Assembly (NCBI GenBank): GCA_964567785.1
Contig: CAZMOK010000003.1
Location: 23,437 to 87,436 of the forward strand
Length of the DNA stretch: 64,000 nucleotides
From: an uncultured Bacteroidales bacterium
Lineage (GTDB): Bacteria > Bacteroidota > Bacteroidia > Bacteroidales > JAGOPY01
Reading direction: 5' to 3'
Below, piece after piece: positions 18,312-28,092 of the stretch (the stretch's first letter is position 1; every line of letters begins with the position of its first letter). The notes below the pieces were generated by a model. That model was not told the DNA's origin, did no database searches, and was given only the letters and a program-made list of their open reading frames with translations. The position numbers and the translations under genes are program-made.

Positions 18312-19268
18312 TTATTTTCCCGCTGCTTTCTCAATTGCCCAGATGCTGGCGATCCCTGCAAAAATTACGATAAGGGCGATAACAATTTCAGTGGAGAAAT
18401 AATCGGGGACATACCGGGTGTAGCTTAAAATTATCGGCTCTCCGTTCTTCATTATGGTCTCACCCATGCTGTTTTCAAGATATTCAGGCCTTTGCCATGG
18501 CCATAATATAGCGACAGAGCCAAGGATGAACCCGGTCAGTAGTGCTATCGTCTGGTCCCTGAAGCGCTTGAGGACCCATGAAAGAAGATGGGAAAAGGTG
18601 ATGAGGCCTGCAACCGCTCCGATGAGAACGGGAATGATCACGCTCATGTCCCGCTGGTTTATGGCATCAATGGCAACAAGCTTGTAATTACCCATGATAA
18701 ACAGGATAAAGGAACCAGACAGTCCCGGCAGGATCATACTGCAGATTGCTGCTACACCGCATAAAACAAGATAAAGGAAGCTCCTGTTCTCTGTGGCGGG
18801 GTTAAGCACAGAGATGACTATGGCAATGGCGGTACCCAGAATGAAGGAAACAATAGCAGGTGTCGACCATTTTTCAACAGTCTTCCCTACAAAATAAACA
18901 GATGCCAGAACAAGTCCAAAGAAATAGGCCCAAATGTAAACGGGATAATGCGTGAAAAGGAAGTCGAATATCCTGGCAAGGGATACAACGGCAATGACAA
19001 CCCCGAAAAAAACTGCCAGAAGGAAATACAGGTCTGTGTATTCCAGAAAAGCCCGCACCCTGCCTTTCAGCAATAGCCTTATTGCTGAAAGGTTAATTGA
19101 TTTTATTGAGTTGATCAGCCTTTCGAAGATACCGGTAATAAGGGCAATGGTGCCTCCCGACACCCCCGGGATGACATTTGCCGCTCCCATGGCCATACCC
19201 TTTACTATGAATAATATGTATTGCAGCATAAGTTTGAAATGACGCGGCAAAAATAGCAAATAAGACAT
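18312..19268 (-). CDS. DUF368 family membrane protein (family reported as undecaprenyl-phosphate translocase)
   Basis: ANVIPGVSGGTIALITGIFERLI and a second LPGLSGSFILFIMG repeat are present. The start could be Met14 (19229). Confidence 0.8.
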   Translation of the reverse strand: MSYLLFLPRHFKLMLQYILFIVKGMAMGAANVIPGVSGGTIALITGIFERLINSIKSINLSAIRLLLKGRVRAFLEYTDLYFLLAVFFGVVIAVVSLARIFDFLFTHYPVYIWAYFFGLVLASVYFVGKTVEKWSTPAIVSFILGTAIAIVISVLNPATENRSFLYLVLCGVAAICSMILPGLSGSFILFIMGNYKLVAIDAINQRDMSVIIPVLIGAVAGLITFSHLLSWVLKRFRDQTIALLTGFILGSVAILWPWQRPEYLENSMGETIMKNGEPIILSYTRYVPDYFSTEIVIALIVIFAGIASIWAIEKAAGK

Positions 19269-19375
19269 TCCTTACTGAAAAAATAAGCTTTTGTCCCCGA
19301 AGCTGTTTTTAAAAACTTGTTGCCATGTCATCAGACTATTTGATTATTCCCTTACCATTGTGGGAGCCAATTTAA

Positions 19376-19383
19376 TATATTTG
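19376..19383 (+). promoter_or_regulatory. candidate -7 promoter element (TAnnTTTG), possibly giving a leaderless mRNA
   Basis: TATATTTG ends 4 nt before the ATG at 19388. Confidence 0.35.
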
Positions 19384-19387
19384 CTCC

Positions 19388-19972
19388 ATGATCGTCCTCT
19401 GGATAATATTCGGACTGTCAGGGCTGCTGATTGCCTTGCTCATGTGGGTCCTGCTTGTTCCCTTCAGGCTTGAGATCAACTCGGAGGAAGAAATTTACCG
19501 TGCCGGGATACCGGGTCTGGTAAATGCATCACTGGTACCGACAACTGACCTGTTTATTGTAAAGTTCAGAATATTTTTTTTCAGCTATTATGCCAATCCT
19601 TTTGCCCCCTCTTCCGGAAAGAAAGAAAAAAAGCCCGCAAAGGAGAAAAAAGGAAAAAAAGAAAAGAAAGGTAAAAGAGGGAAATTAACGGTACGCAGGT
19701 TTTTAAAACCTTCCCTGAAATTCATGAGTGATATATTCAATACTTTCAGACTAAAGAAGCTCATGATCGATTTTGATACGGGCGATGATGTGCTCAATGC
19801 CAGGTTATACCCTGTTTGCTATGCGCTTAGCCGCGAAGGCAGGTATGTTATGGTAAACTTTGACGATTATCAGCGGATCATTGTTGACCTGAGGGCCAGG
19901 CTGGTCTGGTTTGTTATAGGAGGTATTAAATTTGCATGGCGTACTTTTGTTAAACCCGGTTTAAGAATCTAA
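19388..19972 (+). CDS. membrane-anchored protein with lysine-rich linker, YtfI/DUF2953-like by context
   Basis: It has an N-terminal TM helix and a KKEKKPAKEKKGKKEKKGKRGK tract (19619-19684). It sits immediately upstream of a YtfJ/GerW-family gene, as in the Bacillus ytfI-ytfJ pair. Confidence 0.5.
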   Translation: MIVLWIIFGLSGLLIALLMWVLLVPFRLEINSEEEIYRAGIPGLVNASLVPTTDLFIVKFRIFFFSYYANPFAPSSGKKEKKPAKEKKGKKEKKGKRGKLTVRRFLKPSLKFMSDIFNTFRLKKLMIDFDTGDDVLNARLYPVCYALSREGRYVMVNFDDYQRIIVDLRARLVWFVIGGIKFAWRTFVKPGLRI

Positions 19973-19995
19973 ATCCAAAAAATAAGGAGGTAATC

Positions 19996-20367
19996 ATGGA
20001 CACAAATTATCAGGACACTATCAACAGAATCCTTGATGATATCAAGAGTCTGGCAAAGACTGAAACAGTAATAGGGGAACAATTTCAGTTGGGTGAGTTC
20101 ACCTGCGTCCCCATAATCAAGATCGGCCTTGGTTTCGGAACAGGGCTCGGCAGCGGCAGTGAGCCTAAAAAAGGCCAGGGATCAGGCGGAGGAGCCGGCG
20201 GAGGAATCGGCATAAGCCCCATTGCTTTTCTTGTAACAAAAGGGGATGAGATCTCTGTGCTGAGCCTCGACAAGAAAAAAGGCCTTTCAGGTGTTTTTGA
20301 GAAGGTGCCTGACCTGATGGAAAAATTCATCGAGATCAAATCCAAAGAGGATGATAAGAAGAAGTAG
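19996..20367 (+). CDS. GerW/YtfJ family protein (Spore_YtfJ domain)
   Basis: ETVIGEQFQLGEFTCVPIIKIGLGFGTG..GGGAGGGIGISPIAFLVTKGDEISVL matches the YtfJ family pattern. AAGGAGG precedes the ATG. Confidence 0.75.
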   Translation: MDTNYQDTINRILDDIKSLAKTETVIGEQFQLGEFTCVPIIKIGLGFGTGLGSGSEPKKGQGSGGGAGGGIGISPIAFLVTKGDEISVLSLDKKKGLSGVFEKVPDLMEKFIEIKSKEDDKKK

Positions 20368-20447
20368 TCCTTTATCTGAAAAATGAATGATTCCGGGAAT
20401 CTGATTTTATTTAAGGAAAAGACCGTTATTGTCAGGTTCCCGGATCT

Positions 20448-21848
20448 TTATTTTCGGTAGGTATGTACCAGCTCGATGACCTCGTTGCGCATCCTCATAT
20501 CCGGGTAATAGTCGAACATCTCTGAGTGTCTGTTATAGTTGAGCTTAAGGGCCTTGCCCACAAGGTCGACAGCTCTTTCCTTCTTGCCCGTTTTGATCAT
20601 GTAGACGGCAAGCCTGTAATACAGTGAAGCGTTGCGGGGCTGGTGTTCGAGCCCTTCATTGATAATGTCGATAGCTGTTTCCCGTTCGTCAATATTGTCA
20701 TAGATCTCCGAGTAATCGAGCCAGATGTCGGGGTTTTCAGGATCAAGTTCACTGACCTTGCTGTAACAAAAAGCTGCCTCTTCGGTATTTTGTTCTTTTT
20801 GCAGGGTATCCCCGTAAATATACCAGTACTCCGGATTGTCAGGGTCGAGTTCGAGCGCCTTGCTCATGAAGGTGAGTGAACTCTTTCTTTTCCCTGTTTC
20901 CTCCAGGCAGACCCCCACACCCATCCAGGCATCAGCAAATTCGTCGTCAAGTTTGATGGCCTTGCGGTAAAAATCAATGGCCCGATCGAAAACCTCGAGC
21001 TTCTCGTAACATTCACCTATATAATAATTAGTTACGGGCTGCGGATCTTCAAGCTTCAATGTTTCAAGGTAAGCCTTGATGGCCTTCCGGTATTGTTCAA
21101 TACTTGAGTAAGTGTTGCCTATATTGAACCAGGCCGATACAAACCTGTCGTCAATAGCGATTACGAACTCATAAGCCTCGATAGCCTTTTCATAAAGCTC
21201 CATGTTGCTGTAAGCAATCCCGAGGTTGAACCAGGCTACCTTATTGTATGGGTGCTTTTCGGTATAGTCAGAAAGCCATTCAATAAGCTCATCATTCTTT
21301 TTGAGGATCTCGTGGCAGAAAGAAAGTTCATACAGCACGGCTTCATTCTCCGGGTTAAGGTCAACCACTTTTTTCAGGTATGCAATGGCGTTCTCGTATT
21401 GGCTGTTGTTCTCGTATTCAAAGGCAATGTTGGTATAAAGGTCTTCCAAATCGTCGGCGTATTGCTCAGCCTTGTTGTATTCCTCTATGGCCTTCTCGTA
21501 TTGCTTCAAATGACTGTATATGGCCCCCTTTATAAGATATATCTCAGAATTGGTGGGTTCGCCCCCCTCTATGTCGTTGAGGAGTTCAAGTGCCCTGTGA
21601 CTGTTATTGGTCATGGCCAGCAGTTTCGATTTCCTGAGCAGGAAATTACTGGCTTTCGGGTGCTGGCCCAGGGCCGATTCAATGGCCTTTGAGGCTTTTG
21701 AAGTCTGGTGCCTTTCAAGATAATAATCGATCAGCTCCTCAAATTCTTCCACATCAAAGAAATAATTATCGTCTTTCTTGAGCATCAGCTCAAAACGTTT
21801 GACAAGTGCTGAAAATTCAGGTTCTATGTGCTCAAACGGATTATCCAT
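20448..21848 (-). CDS. tetratricopeptide repeat protein
   Basis: It contains many 34-aa repeats with W/Y-x-x-G/A-x-x-Y..A...Y/F..A periodicity. Confidence 0.8.
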   Translation of the reverse strand: MDNPFEHIEPEFSALVKRFELMLKKDDNYFFDVEEFEELIDYYLERHQTSKASKAIESALGQHPKASNFLLRKSKLLAMTNNSHRALELLNDIEGGEPTNSEIYLIKGAIYSHLKQYEKAIEEYNKAEQYADDLEDLYTNIAFEYENNSQYENAIAYLKKVVDLNPENEAVLYELSFCHEILKKNDELIEWLSDYTEKHPYNKVAWFNLGIAYSNMELYEKAIEAYEFVIAIDDRFVSAWFNIGNTYSSIEQYRKAIKAYLETLKLEDPQPVTNYYIGECYEKLEVFDRAIDFYRKAIKLDDEFADAWMGVGVCLEETGKRKSSLTFMSKALELDPDNPEYWYIYGDTLQKEQNTEEAAFCYSKVSELDPENPDIWLDYSEIYDNIDERETAIDIINEGLEHQPRNASLYYRLAVYMIKTGKKERAVDLVGKALKLNYNRHSEMFDYYPDMRMRNEVIELVHTYRK

Positions 21849-21946
21849 CTAAAATCCTAATCTGTGGCAAAATTAGTAAAACTTTTCTGTGTCAAAACTT
21901 CACTTTTCAACAACATCTCCTTAACGTAAATAACGTTTTTATATCA

Positions 21947-21954
21947 TACATTTG
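21947..21954 (+). promoter_or_regulatory. candidate -7 promoter element (TAnnTTTG)
   Basis: TACATTTG lies 17 nt upstream of the glmM ATG. Confidence 0.45.
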
Positions 21955-21971
21955 TTCAAATTTCAGCAGTG

Positions 21972-23354
21972 ATGTCATTGATAAAGTCGATTTCAGGTAT
22001 AAGGGGCACAATAGGAGGGAAGCAGGGTGAAGCCCTGACGCCTCCGGATATTGTCAAATTTACCATGGCCTTTACGCATCAGCGGATGCTAAGGACAGGT
22101 AAGCGTCGAATTACAGTTGTCACAGGCCGTGATGCGAGAGTTTCGGGTGAAATGGTCAGCCGGCTTGTTACGGGAACACTCTTGGCATTAGGCGCAGATG
22201 TGATTGATTGCGGCCTGTCAACAACCCCCACCGTGGAGATGGCTGTGATGGAATTCAGGGCCGAAGGCGGGATCATTCTTACAGCCAGCCACAACCCTGC
22301 ACAATGGAATGCCCTGAAGCTGCTCGATGAAAAAGGGGAATTCCTGTCGGGCAAAGACGGCAAGGAAATTCTTGAGATAGCAGACAGGGGAGAGGTTGAC
22401 TTCGCACCCTGGGATAAACTCGGTAAGATCTCTGCGGTTGATGATATGATCGACAGGCATATCAGGAATATCCTTTCACACGACCTGGTCAATGCTGATC
22501 TGATAAAAAAAGCAGGACTGAAAATCGTGATCGATTGCGTGAGCTCTACCGGCGGCATTGCCCTTCCCCCCTTGCTGACAGCGCTGGGTGTAAAGGAAAT
22601 CGTTGAGCTGCACTGCGATCCTGATGGCAAATTCCCTCATAACCCCGAGCCGCTGCCCGAAAACATTAGGGAGCTTTGTGATACGGTGAAAGGGACAGGG
22701 GCCCACCTGGGGTTTGTTGTTGATCCTGATGTCGACCGCCTTGCCATAGTTACAGAAAAAGGAGATGTGTTCGGCGAAGAATATACACTTGTGGCAGTGG
22801 CTGATTATGTTCTGGACAAACGCAAAGGGGCTGCGGTTTCCAACCTCTCCTCATCAAGGGCGCTGGGCGATGTTTGTGAAAAACACGGGGTTGATTATTT
22901 TGCCAGCGCCGTGGGCGAAGTGAATGTAGTGGAAATGATGAAAGCGAAAGATGCCGTTATAGGAGGGGAAGGTAACGGCGGAATTATCCTTCCCGACCTT
23001 CATTACGGCAGGGATGCCCTGGCGGGTATCGCACTCTTTCTCTCTTTCCTTGCAGAGGCCGGAATTCCCTGTTCAGACCTGAGGAAAAGATATCCTGATT
23101 ATTACATGGTGAAGGACAGGCTGCCGCTTACAGAGCAGACAGATATCGACCATCTTCTCAAAACAGTTGCACAGCTTTACAAAGATGAAAATGTAACTGC
23201 CGTGGACGGTGTAAAGATTGATTTTGAGGAAGGCTGGGTGCACCTCAGGAAATCAAATACCGAACCTATTATAAGGATCTATTCCGAGGCCGTTTCGCAT
23301 GAAAAAGCACTTGAACTTGTGAATGGCATTAAGTTGGAGATATCAAAAGCCTGA
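21972..23354 (+). CDS. glmM: phosphoglucosamine mutase
   Basis: It has the N-terminal ISGIRGTIGG and the phosphoserine loop TASHNPAQWNALK. The alpha-D-phosphohexomutase layout is present. ATG 21972 is preferred to GTG 21969. Confidence 0.9.
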   Translation: MSLIKSISGIRGTIGGKQGEALTPPDIVKFTMAFTHQRMLRTGKRRITVVTGRDARVSGEMVSRLVTGTLLALGADVIDCGLSTTPTVEMAVMEFRAEGGIILTASHNPAQWNALKLLDEKGEFLSGKDGKEILEIADRGEVDFAPWDKLGKISAVDDMIDRHIRNILSHDLVNADLIKKAGLKIVIDCVSSTGGIALPPLLTALGVKEIVELHCDPDGKFPHNPEPLPENIRELCDTVKGTGAHLGFVVDPDVDRLAIVTEKGDVFGEEYTLVAVADYVLDKRKGAAVSNLSSSRALGDVCEKHGVDYFASAVGEVNVVEMMKAKDAVIGGEGNGGIILPDLHYGRDALAGIALFLSFLAEAGIPCSDLRKRYPDYYMVKDRLPLTEQTDIDHLLKTVAQLYKDENVTAVDGVKIDFEEGWVHLRKSNTEPIIRIYSEAVSHEKALELVNGIKLEISKA

Positions 23355-23433
23355 TGTTGATAAATATGGCAAGTAGTTTTTGTATCGGGGGATCATCAGC
23401 TTAAATTAGCTGAAAACAAAAGAAAACCACTTA

Positions 23434-23670
23434 ATGTCAGGCCTCAGTAAAAGCCGCAAACGCAGAAAAAGATCAAGGTATACCACTGTCACCTTCAAAC
23501 TTTCCAAAAGGCAAAAAGAATCGTTGTTCAATTATTGTGAGGCCAGGAAAACAACGCCTACCAAATTGATCAAGAAAATGATCAGGCCTTACATTACGAA
23601 TTATCATAAAGAAGTGCCTGATGAAATGTATGTGACAGAGAACCAGCTCGACCTTTTTGATAAGGGTTAA
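23434..23670 (+). CDS. small basic hypothetical protein (possible ribbon-helix-helix)
   Basis: It is 78 aa with an N-terminal KSRKRRKRSR tract followed by TVTFKLSKRQKESLFNYCEARKTTPTKLIKKMI. The family was not recognised. Confidence 0.4.
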   Translation: MSGLSKSRKRRKRSRYTTVTFKLSKRQKESLFNYCEARKTTPTKLIKKMIRPYITNYHKEVPDEMYVTENQLDLFDKG

Positions 23671-23686
23671 GTTTATCATTCTGCCG

Positions 23687-24295
23687 TCAGGATCCGGAAT
23701 AGGGCTGCCGGTTCAGTATGGAACGGCCCAGCGTTACTTCATCCGTGTACTCGATGTCATCCCCAATCGAAATTCCCCTTGCAATGGAAGTGATGGAAAT
23801 ATTGAGATCTTTCAGCACCTTGAACAGGTAAAAGTTTGTTGTGTCGCCTTCAACGGTGGTGGGCAATGCAAAGATCACCTCCTCGGTTTCATCGGATGAA
23901 ACGCGGTCTATCAAACTTCTGATGGTAAGGTCGTCGGGGCCGATGCCTTCCATGGGTGAAATGATCCCCCCGAGGACATGGAAGAGCCCTTCATACTGAC
24001 CAGTGTTTTCAATGGCAATGATGTCTCTGATGTCCTGTACAACACAAATGATGCTTTCTTTCCTTTTCGGGTTGCTGCAGATCTCGCAAATATCACTGTC
24101 GGAAAGGTTATGGCATATTTTACAGTATTTGATGTTTTTTTTCAGGTCGATAATCGAATTGCCAAGCATCTCAACCTGTTGTTCATCCTGTTTGAGAAGG
24201 TGCAGCGCCAGGCGCAGGGCAGTCTTTTTTCCTATGCCCGGGAGCTTGGAGATCTCTCCGACAGCATTTTCAAGTATTTTCGAAGAAAAATTCAT
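23687..24295 (-). CDS. recR: recombination protein RecR
   Basis: It has the HhH motif [17 protein letters not shown] and the C4 zinc finger [17 protein letters not shown] Toprim region is present. Confidence 0.92.
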   Translation of the reverse strand: MNFSSKILENAVGEISKLPGIGKKTALRLALHLLKQDEQQVEMLGNSIIDLKKNIKYCKICHNLSDSDICEICSNPKRKESIICVVQDIRDIIAIENTGQYEGLFHVLGGIISPMEGIGPDDLTIRSLIDRVSSDETEEVIFALPTTVEGDTTNFYLFKVLKDLNISITSIARGISIGDDIEYTDEVTLGRSILNRQPYSGS

Positions 24296-24383
24296 CGCTA
24301 TTGATCAGGTTGCAAAATTAAGGCTTTTAACTCTATCTTAATATTTTCAATATCTTTACGTTATAGCAATAAAAAGAGTAAGA

Positions 24384-25082
24384 ATGAAAAGAGCAGCACT
24401 GGTCCTGTTACCCCTCCTGGTTGCCTTGTCAATGGCCGGTCAGGAATTCCTGCAGTCCTACAAGAATGAAGTGGATGAGCAGGGTAGGAAACAGGGTTTA
24501 TGGCGGGGATATGATGTGAACGGTAACCTTAAATATAAAGGGACTTTCGAAGACGGCATCCCGGTAGGTGAATTCACCTATTATTATCCTGACGGGAAGA
24601 TACGGGCGAAAGCTATGCATAAAGGGGATGACAAGACTGTTTACTTCAAATATTTCTTCGAGGGCGGAAAGCTGATGGCCGAAGGGAAATACATAGACCA
24701 GGAAAAAGACAGCACCTGGAACTACTACAGCAGCGGCACCGGTAAAATATCATCTGAGGAACATTACGACAAAGGCGTGCCTGTGGGCACCTGGCTAACC
24801 TATTATCCCGAAACAGGGAACATTGCCGAGGAGGTACCATACAAAAACGGAGTGAAGCATGGTACATGGAAACAATATTTTACCGAGGGGGGGCTGAAAT
24901 CAGAGGCTGAATATGTTGACGGGGAGCTGGAAGGGTTGATGACGATATACCATCTGAATGGTAACGTGGAAGTGTCAGGGAGCTTCAAAAATTCACTCAA
25001 ACATGGCACATGGATCTATTTTGATGAGGAAGGTGTTACTACGAATCGTAAAGAGTACTATGAAGGGGTACTGGTCGAGTGA
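24384..25082 (+). CDS. secreted MORN-variant repeat protein (YwqK-like repeats)
   Basis: A signal peptide is followed by repeated G.W..Y...G.....G.Y..G...G.W units. Confidence 0.75.
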   Translation: MKRAALVLLPLLVALSMAGQEFLQSYKNEVDEQGRKQGLWRGYDVNGNLKYKGTFEDGIPVGEFTYYYPDGKIRAKAMHKGDDKTVYFKYFFEGGKLMAEGKYIDQEKDSTWNYYSSGTGKISSEEHYDKGVPVGTWLTYYPETGNIAEEVPYKNGVKHGTWKQYFTEGGLKSEAEYVDGELEGLMTIYHLNGNVEVSGSFKNSLKHGTWIYFDEEGVTTNRKEYYEGVLVE

Positions 25083-25094
25083 GCGGATTTAAGA

Positions 25095-26456
25095 TTATTT
25101 AAAAACATCTTCATAGGATACAAACCCTTTTTTCACAACTTCTTTCAAAGCGAGCTGGGGTTTATGGAAAGCCTTTGAGTCGTATATGGTTTTCAGAAGG
25201 TGGTCCTTGTATTCATCGGCGGCCAGGTGGGCTATGCCTACTGCATGTTCGGCAATTGTCAGGCCGCGTGGGTTGAAGGCACCGTTCTCAGTAACTATTA
25301 CCACAGGGTCTGCTGCGATGGCCGTGGTGGTAATACCCTGCGGGCACATGTCGAGGATCTTGCTCTGTCCTTTTTCAGTGGTGGATTTCATGGCGATGAT
25401 CGGCACACCCCCTTTTGAAAGGTACGAGCCCCTGAGGAAGTCAGCCTGGCCACCGATACCACTGTATATCTGCCTGGCATTGAGCGAATCGGCCCAGATA
25501 TTCCCGTGAAGGTCAACGCCTATGGCACCGTTTATGGCTGTCATTTTAGGTTGTTGCGAAATGAACATCACATTGTTGGTCTGGTCGCAGGGCCGGCTTT
25601 GTATCGAGCTGTTGAAGTCAAGCCATTCATACCCTTTCTTTGATCCTGAAAGGTAGATGGAGGAGACCGAGAAGTTGTTCCTGAGATACTTGTTGGTAAC
25701 TATCCCTTTTTCAACCAGCGAGCGCATGGCATCGGCGAAGAGCTCTGTGTATATGCCAAGGTCCTTTAATCCTTTTCTGATAATTGCATCTGTTACGGCT
25801 TCGGGAACCTCTCCGATACCATACTGCAGTGTGGTGCCGTCTTCAATGTACAGCTCGGCAATGAGGTCACCGATCCTTCTCGATCTTTCATCGGGTGTAT
25901 GCACCGGACTGACCGGCAGATCGTAGTTGGTGTCGATCAGGAAATCAATATCTTTTTCGTGAATGGTAGTCCCGAGCACAAAAGGCATATTGGCATTTCT
26001 CTCGGCAATCACAACACCCCCGTTTGCCCTGGCAGATTCAACGGCAGCTTTAACCCCTTCAACGGTTGTCCCGAGGCTGTAATTGCCTCCGTTATCAGGA
26101 CCGCTGACAGAAGTAAAGACCACATTCGGCTTGATGTATTCCCTCAGTTGCTTGGGTATGTCGGATAGATGGATAAGCTGGTACCGTGCCCAACCGCAAT
26201 TCATTGCCTCCCGCGAGTGGGGACCGTTGAAAATGATCCTGTGCTTGATCCTTTCACAGGCATCCTTCCCGAACAATTTGGCAATATCGCCCAAAAGGAG
26301 TACGCTCAGTGTTTGAACATTGCGTATGGAAGAGTCTGAGGCGAGCTGCCGAAGCAATACCTGTGGGGTTGCTGCATTCCCGCCTATGTAAATGACACTT
26401 CCCGGTTTGATGGTGCTGCTGTTTACAGCTTTTTCTACTTTCTTGACTATTTTCAT
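25095..26456 (-). CDS. acetyl-CoA hydrolase/transferase family protein (4-hydroxybutyrate CoA-transferase-like)
   Basis: LQYGIGEVPEAV and SGIGGQADFLRG are present. Size is 453 aa. Confidence 0.85.
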   Translation of the reverse strand: MKIVKKVEKAVNSSTIKPGSVIYIGGNAATPQVLLRQLASDSSIRNVQTLSVLLLGDIAKLFGKDACERIKHRIIFNGPHSREAMNCGWARYQLIHLSDIPKQLREYIKPNVVFTSVSGPDNGGNYSLGTTVEGVKAAVESARANGGVVIAERNANMPFVLGTTIHEKDIDFLIDTNYDLPVSPVHTPDERSRRIGDLIAELYIEDGTTLQYGIGEVPEAVTDAIIRKGLKDLGIYTELFADAMRSLVEKGIVTNKYLRNNFSVSSIYLSGSKKGYEWLDFNSSIQSRPCDQTNNVMFISQQPKMTAINGAIGVDLHGNIWADSLNARQIYSGIGGQADFLRGSYLSKGGVPIIAMKSTTEKGQSKILDMCPQGITTTAIAADPVVIVTENGAFNPRGLTIAEHAVGIAHLAADEYKDHLLKTIYDSKAFHKPQLALKEVVKKGFVSYEDVFK

Positions 26457-26501
26457 GGCTGTTTTATCCTGATCAGGTTAGGAAGCAAAGATAAAATTTG
26501 A

Positions 26502-27143
26502 TCAGAATAAAGAGAGAAGCTCGCTGAAATTATTTACCACTTTTCGTCCGGAAGTGCTCAGTCGATCAGGCGACTGGTGCCCGTGGGCGACAAGGATACA
26601 GTCGATACCGGTTGCATAGGCCACCTCATGGTCGTGCAGTGTGTCTCCGATCAGCAGGATGTTTTCCTTCCTTTCTTTCACCTCTTTCAGTGTCCTGAGG
26701 GCAAGCTCTTTTTTTCCGTTTCCATAATGGTTGTCAATTCCTGATATCCTGCCGAAAAAATCCTCAATGCCAAACCCTCTTACCGAATTGATCAGCAGTT
26801 GCTGTTCCATGACCGAAAGGACCGATTGATCCAGTTTTCTTTCTCTGAAGAACATGAGAGCCTCCTTTGCACCTTCCTGTAAAGTAGCGTCTGGCAAAGA
26901 GGCCCTGTAATTGTCGATGAATTGTATCGCCGGGGTTTCAAAAGGCTCGCTTGTGAAATCAAACCCTGCCTTTACATAATATTCCCTTACGGGGAAGGTG
27001 AAGATCTGCCGGTATTTTTCCGTGTCGAGGGGTGGCAGCCTGCGCCGGGTGAGTAACTTGTTCATCGAACTGATGCAAATTTCCACATCGTTCAGCAGTG
27101 TTCCGTTCCAGTCCCAGATGAGGGTTGTGTATCTTTTCAGCAT
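26502..27143 (-). CDS. HAD-family hydrolase
   Basis: Motif I is LIWDWNGTLLND and motif IV is LLIGDTLHDHEVA. The start was moved to the Met one nt after the upstream stop codon. Confidence 0.75.
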   Translation of the reverse strand: MLKRYTTLIWDWNGTLLNDVEICISSMNKLLTRRRLPPLDTEKYRQIFTFPVREYYVKAGFDFTSEPFETPAIQFIDNYRASLPDATLQEGAKEALMFFRERKLDQSVLSVMEQQLLINSVRGFGIEDFFGRISGIDNHYGNGKKELALRTLKEVKERKENILLIGDTLHDHEVAYATGIDCILVAHGHQSPDRLSTSGRKVVNNFSELLSLF

Positions 27144-27144
27144 A

Positions 27145-28092
27145 CTAAAAATATAACCAGTGATATCTGAATCCGTCCCTGGCATTGTATTCAAGTGCCG
27201 GGAAGGGTATCTTTATGAATCCGACAATGTTCAGTAAAAGCTCAAGTGTTTCTGATCTTGTTTTAATCCTGGTAAGATCAATGTCGAGTGTCAGGTAATA
27301 TTGTGATGTCCTCTCAAATGGCGGGACAGGCACTCCCTCGACCAAACCCGGGTTTTTCCCTGCCCCGGTCATACCATCGGCTCCGTATCCCACTGCCACA
27401 TTGAGCCAGGAGGGGAAGTTGGATTCTCGTTTTAGAAAGGATTTAATGTTGGCCGACAGCCAGTAGGTCTGCCCGTTATAGTCTTTTATAATGCTTTGAA
27501 ATTCGTTCTTTCCGAGGAGCTCCGGATTGTATTGAGGATATTCGGTTGGTGAATAAGAAAATTTAAGGATGAATTTCTGGTCTTTCCAGAGAAATTGCTG
27601 ACCGATAAACAGGGCAGTGCCGGCCGTATTGAATGCAATGTCTCCTGCCGAAGCCCCCCATTCGGCAGAGAAACCGTCGAATATCTCTATGGTCGACAAA
27701 AAGGAAAAACTGAAAGCACTGCCTATCCAGATGGCCGGTTTTTCTTCCACGCCGGCCCACCTCAGTGATCTGTATCCTACCCTGGAGAACCAGTAAGCAG
27801 TTGTGGCATGCCCTATTTTATCCATATAGAGCCACTCGTTATTGTCATTGATAAAGTGAAAGCCTGAGCGCGGATAGTTTTTGTACCATAACTGGTACAG
27901 GCCTGCCATCGTCCCTGCATAGGCCACTCCACCTAATGTTGCCACGCCAATAAGCCGGCCTTTATGGTTGTGGTTTTCTGCCGTGGCTGAATCATCTGGC
28001 TGGTGAAGTCCTGAAATTGCTCTGAACGGACATGCCAGGCCAAGGACCAGCAACAGGTATATTATCCTTCCCGATAACAACCCCCTGATCAT
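27145..28092 (-). CDS. DUF2279 domain protein
   Basis: A signal-like N-terminus is followed by YPRSGFHFINDNNEWLYMDKIGHATTAYW, which is characteristic of DUF2279. Confidence 0.7.
   Translation of the reverse strand: MIRGLLSGRIIYLLLVLGLACPFRAISGLHQPDDSATAENHNHKGRLIGVATLGGVAYAGTMAGLYQLWYKNYPRSGFHFINDNNEWLYMDKIGHATTAYWFSRVGYRSLRWAGVEEKPAIWIGSAFSFSFLSTIEIFDGFSAEWGASAGDIAFNTAGTALFIGQQFLWKDQKFILKFSYSPTEYPQYNPELLGKNEFQSIIKDYNGQTYWLSANIKSFLKRESNFPSWLNVAVGYGADGMTGAGKNPGLVEGVPVPPFERTSQYYLTLDIDLTRIKTRSETLELLLNIVGFIKIPFPALEYNARDGFRYHWLYF

Noticed and set aside
18137-18402. 74-aa minus and 81-aa plus ORFs in or overlapping the DUF368 3' region and the 306-bp spacer.
   Set aside because: They overlap the well-supported DUF368 gene end and have no family resemblance. 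They are likely spurious.
24384-25082. YwqK-family 'antitoxin' naming, suggesting a toxin-antitoxin or polymorphic-toxin locus.
   Set aside because: The protein has a signal peptide and plain MORN-variant repeats. No LXG or other toxin gene is adjacent.
27090-27125. HAD motif I reading DWN instead of DxD, as a sign of an inactive enzyme.
   Set aside because: HAD members with a non-Asp second residue exist (for example the phosphonatase-type DWAGT, as I recall), and the remaining motifs look intact. It is noted only within the operon finding.
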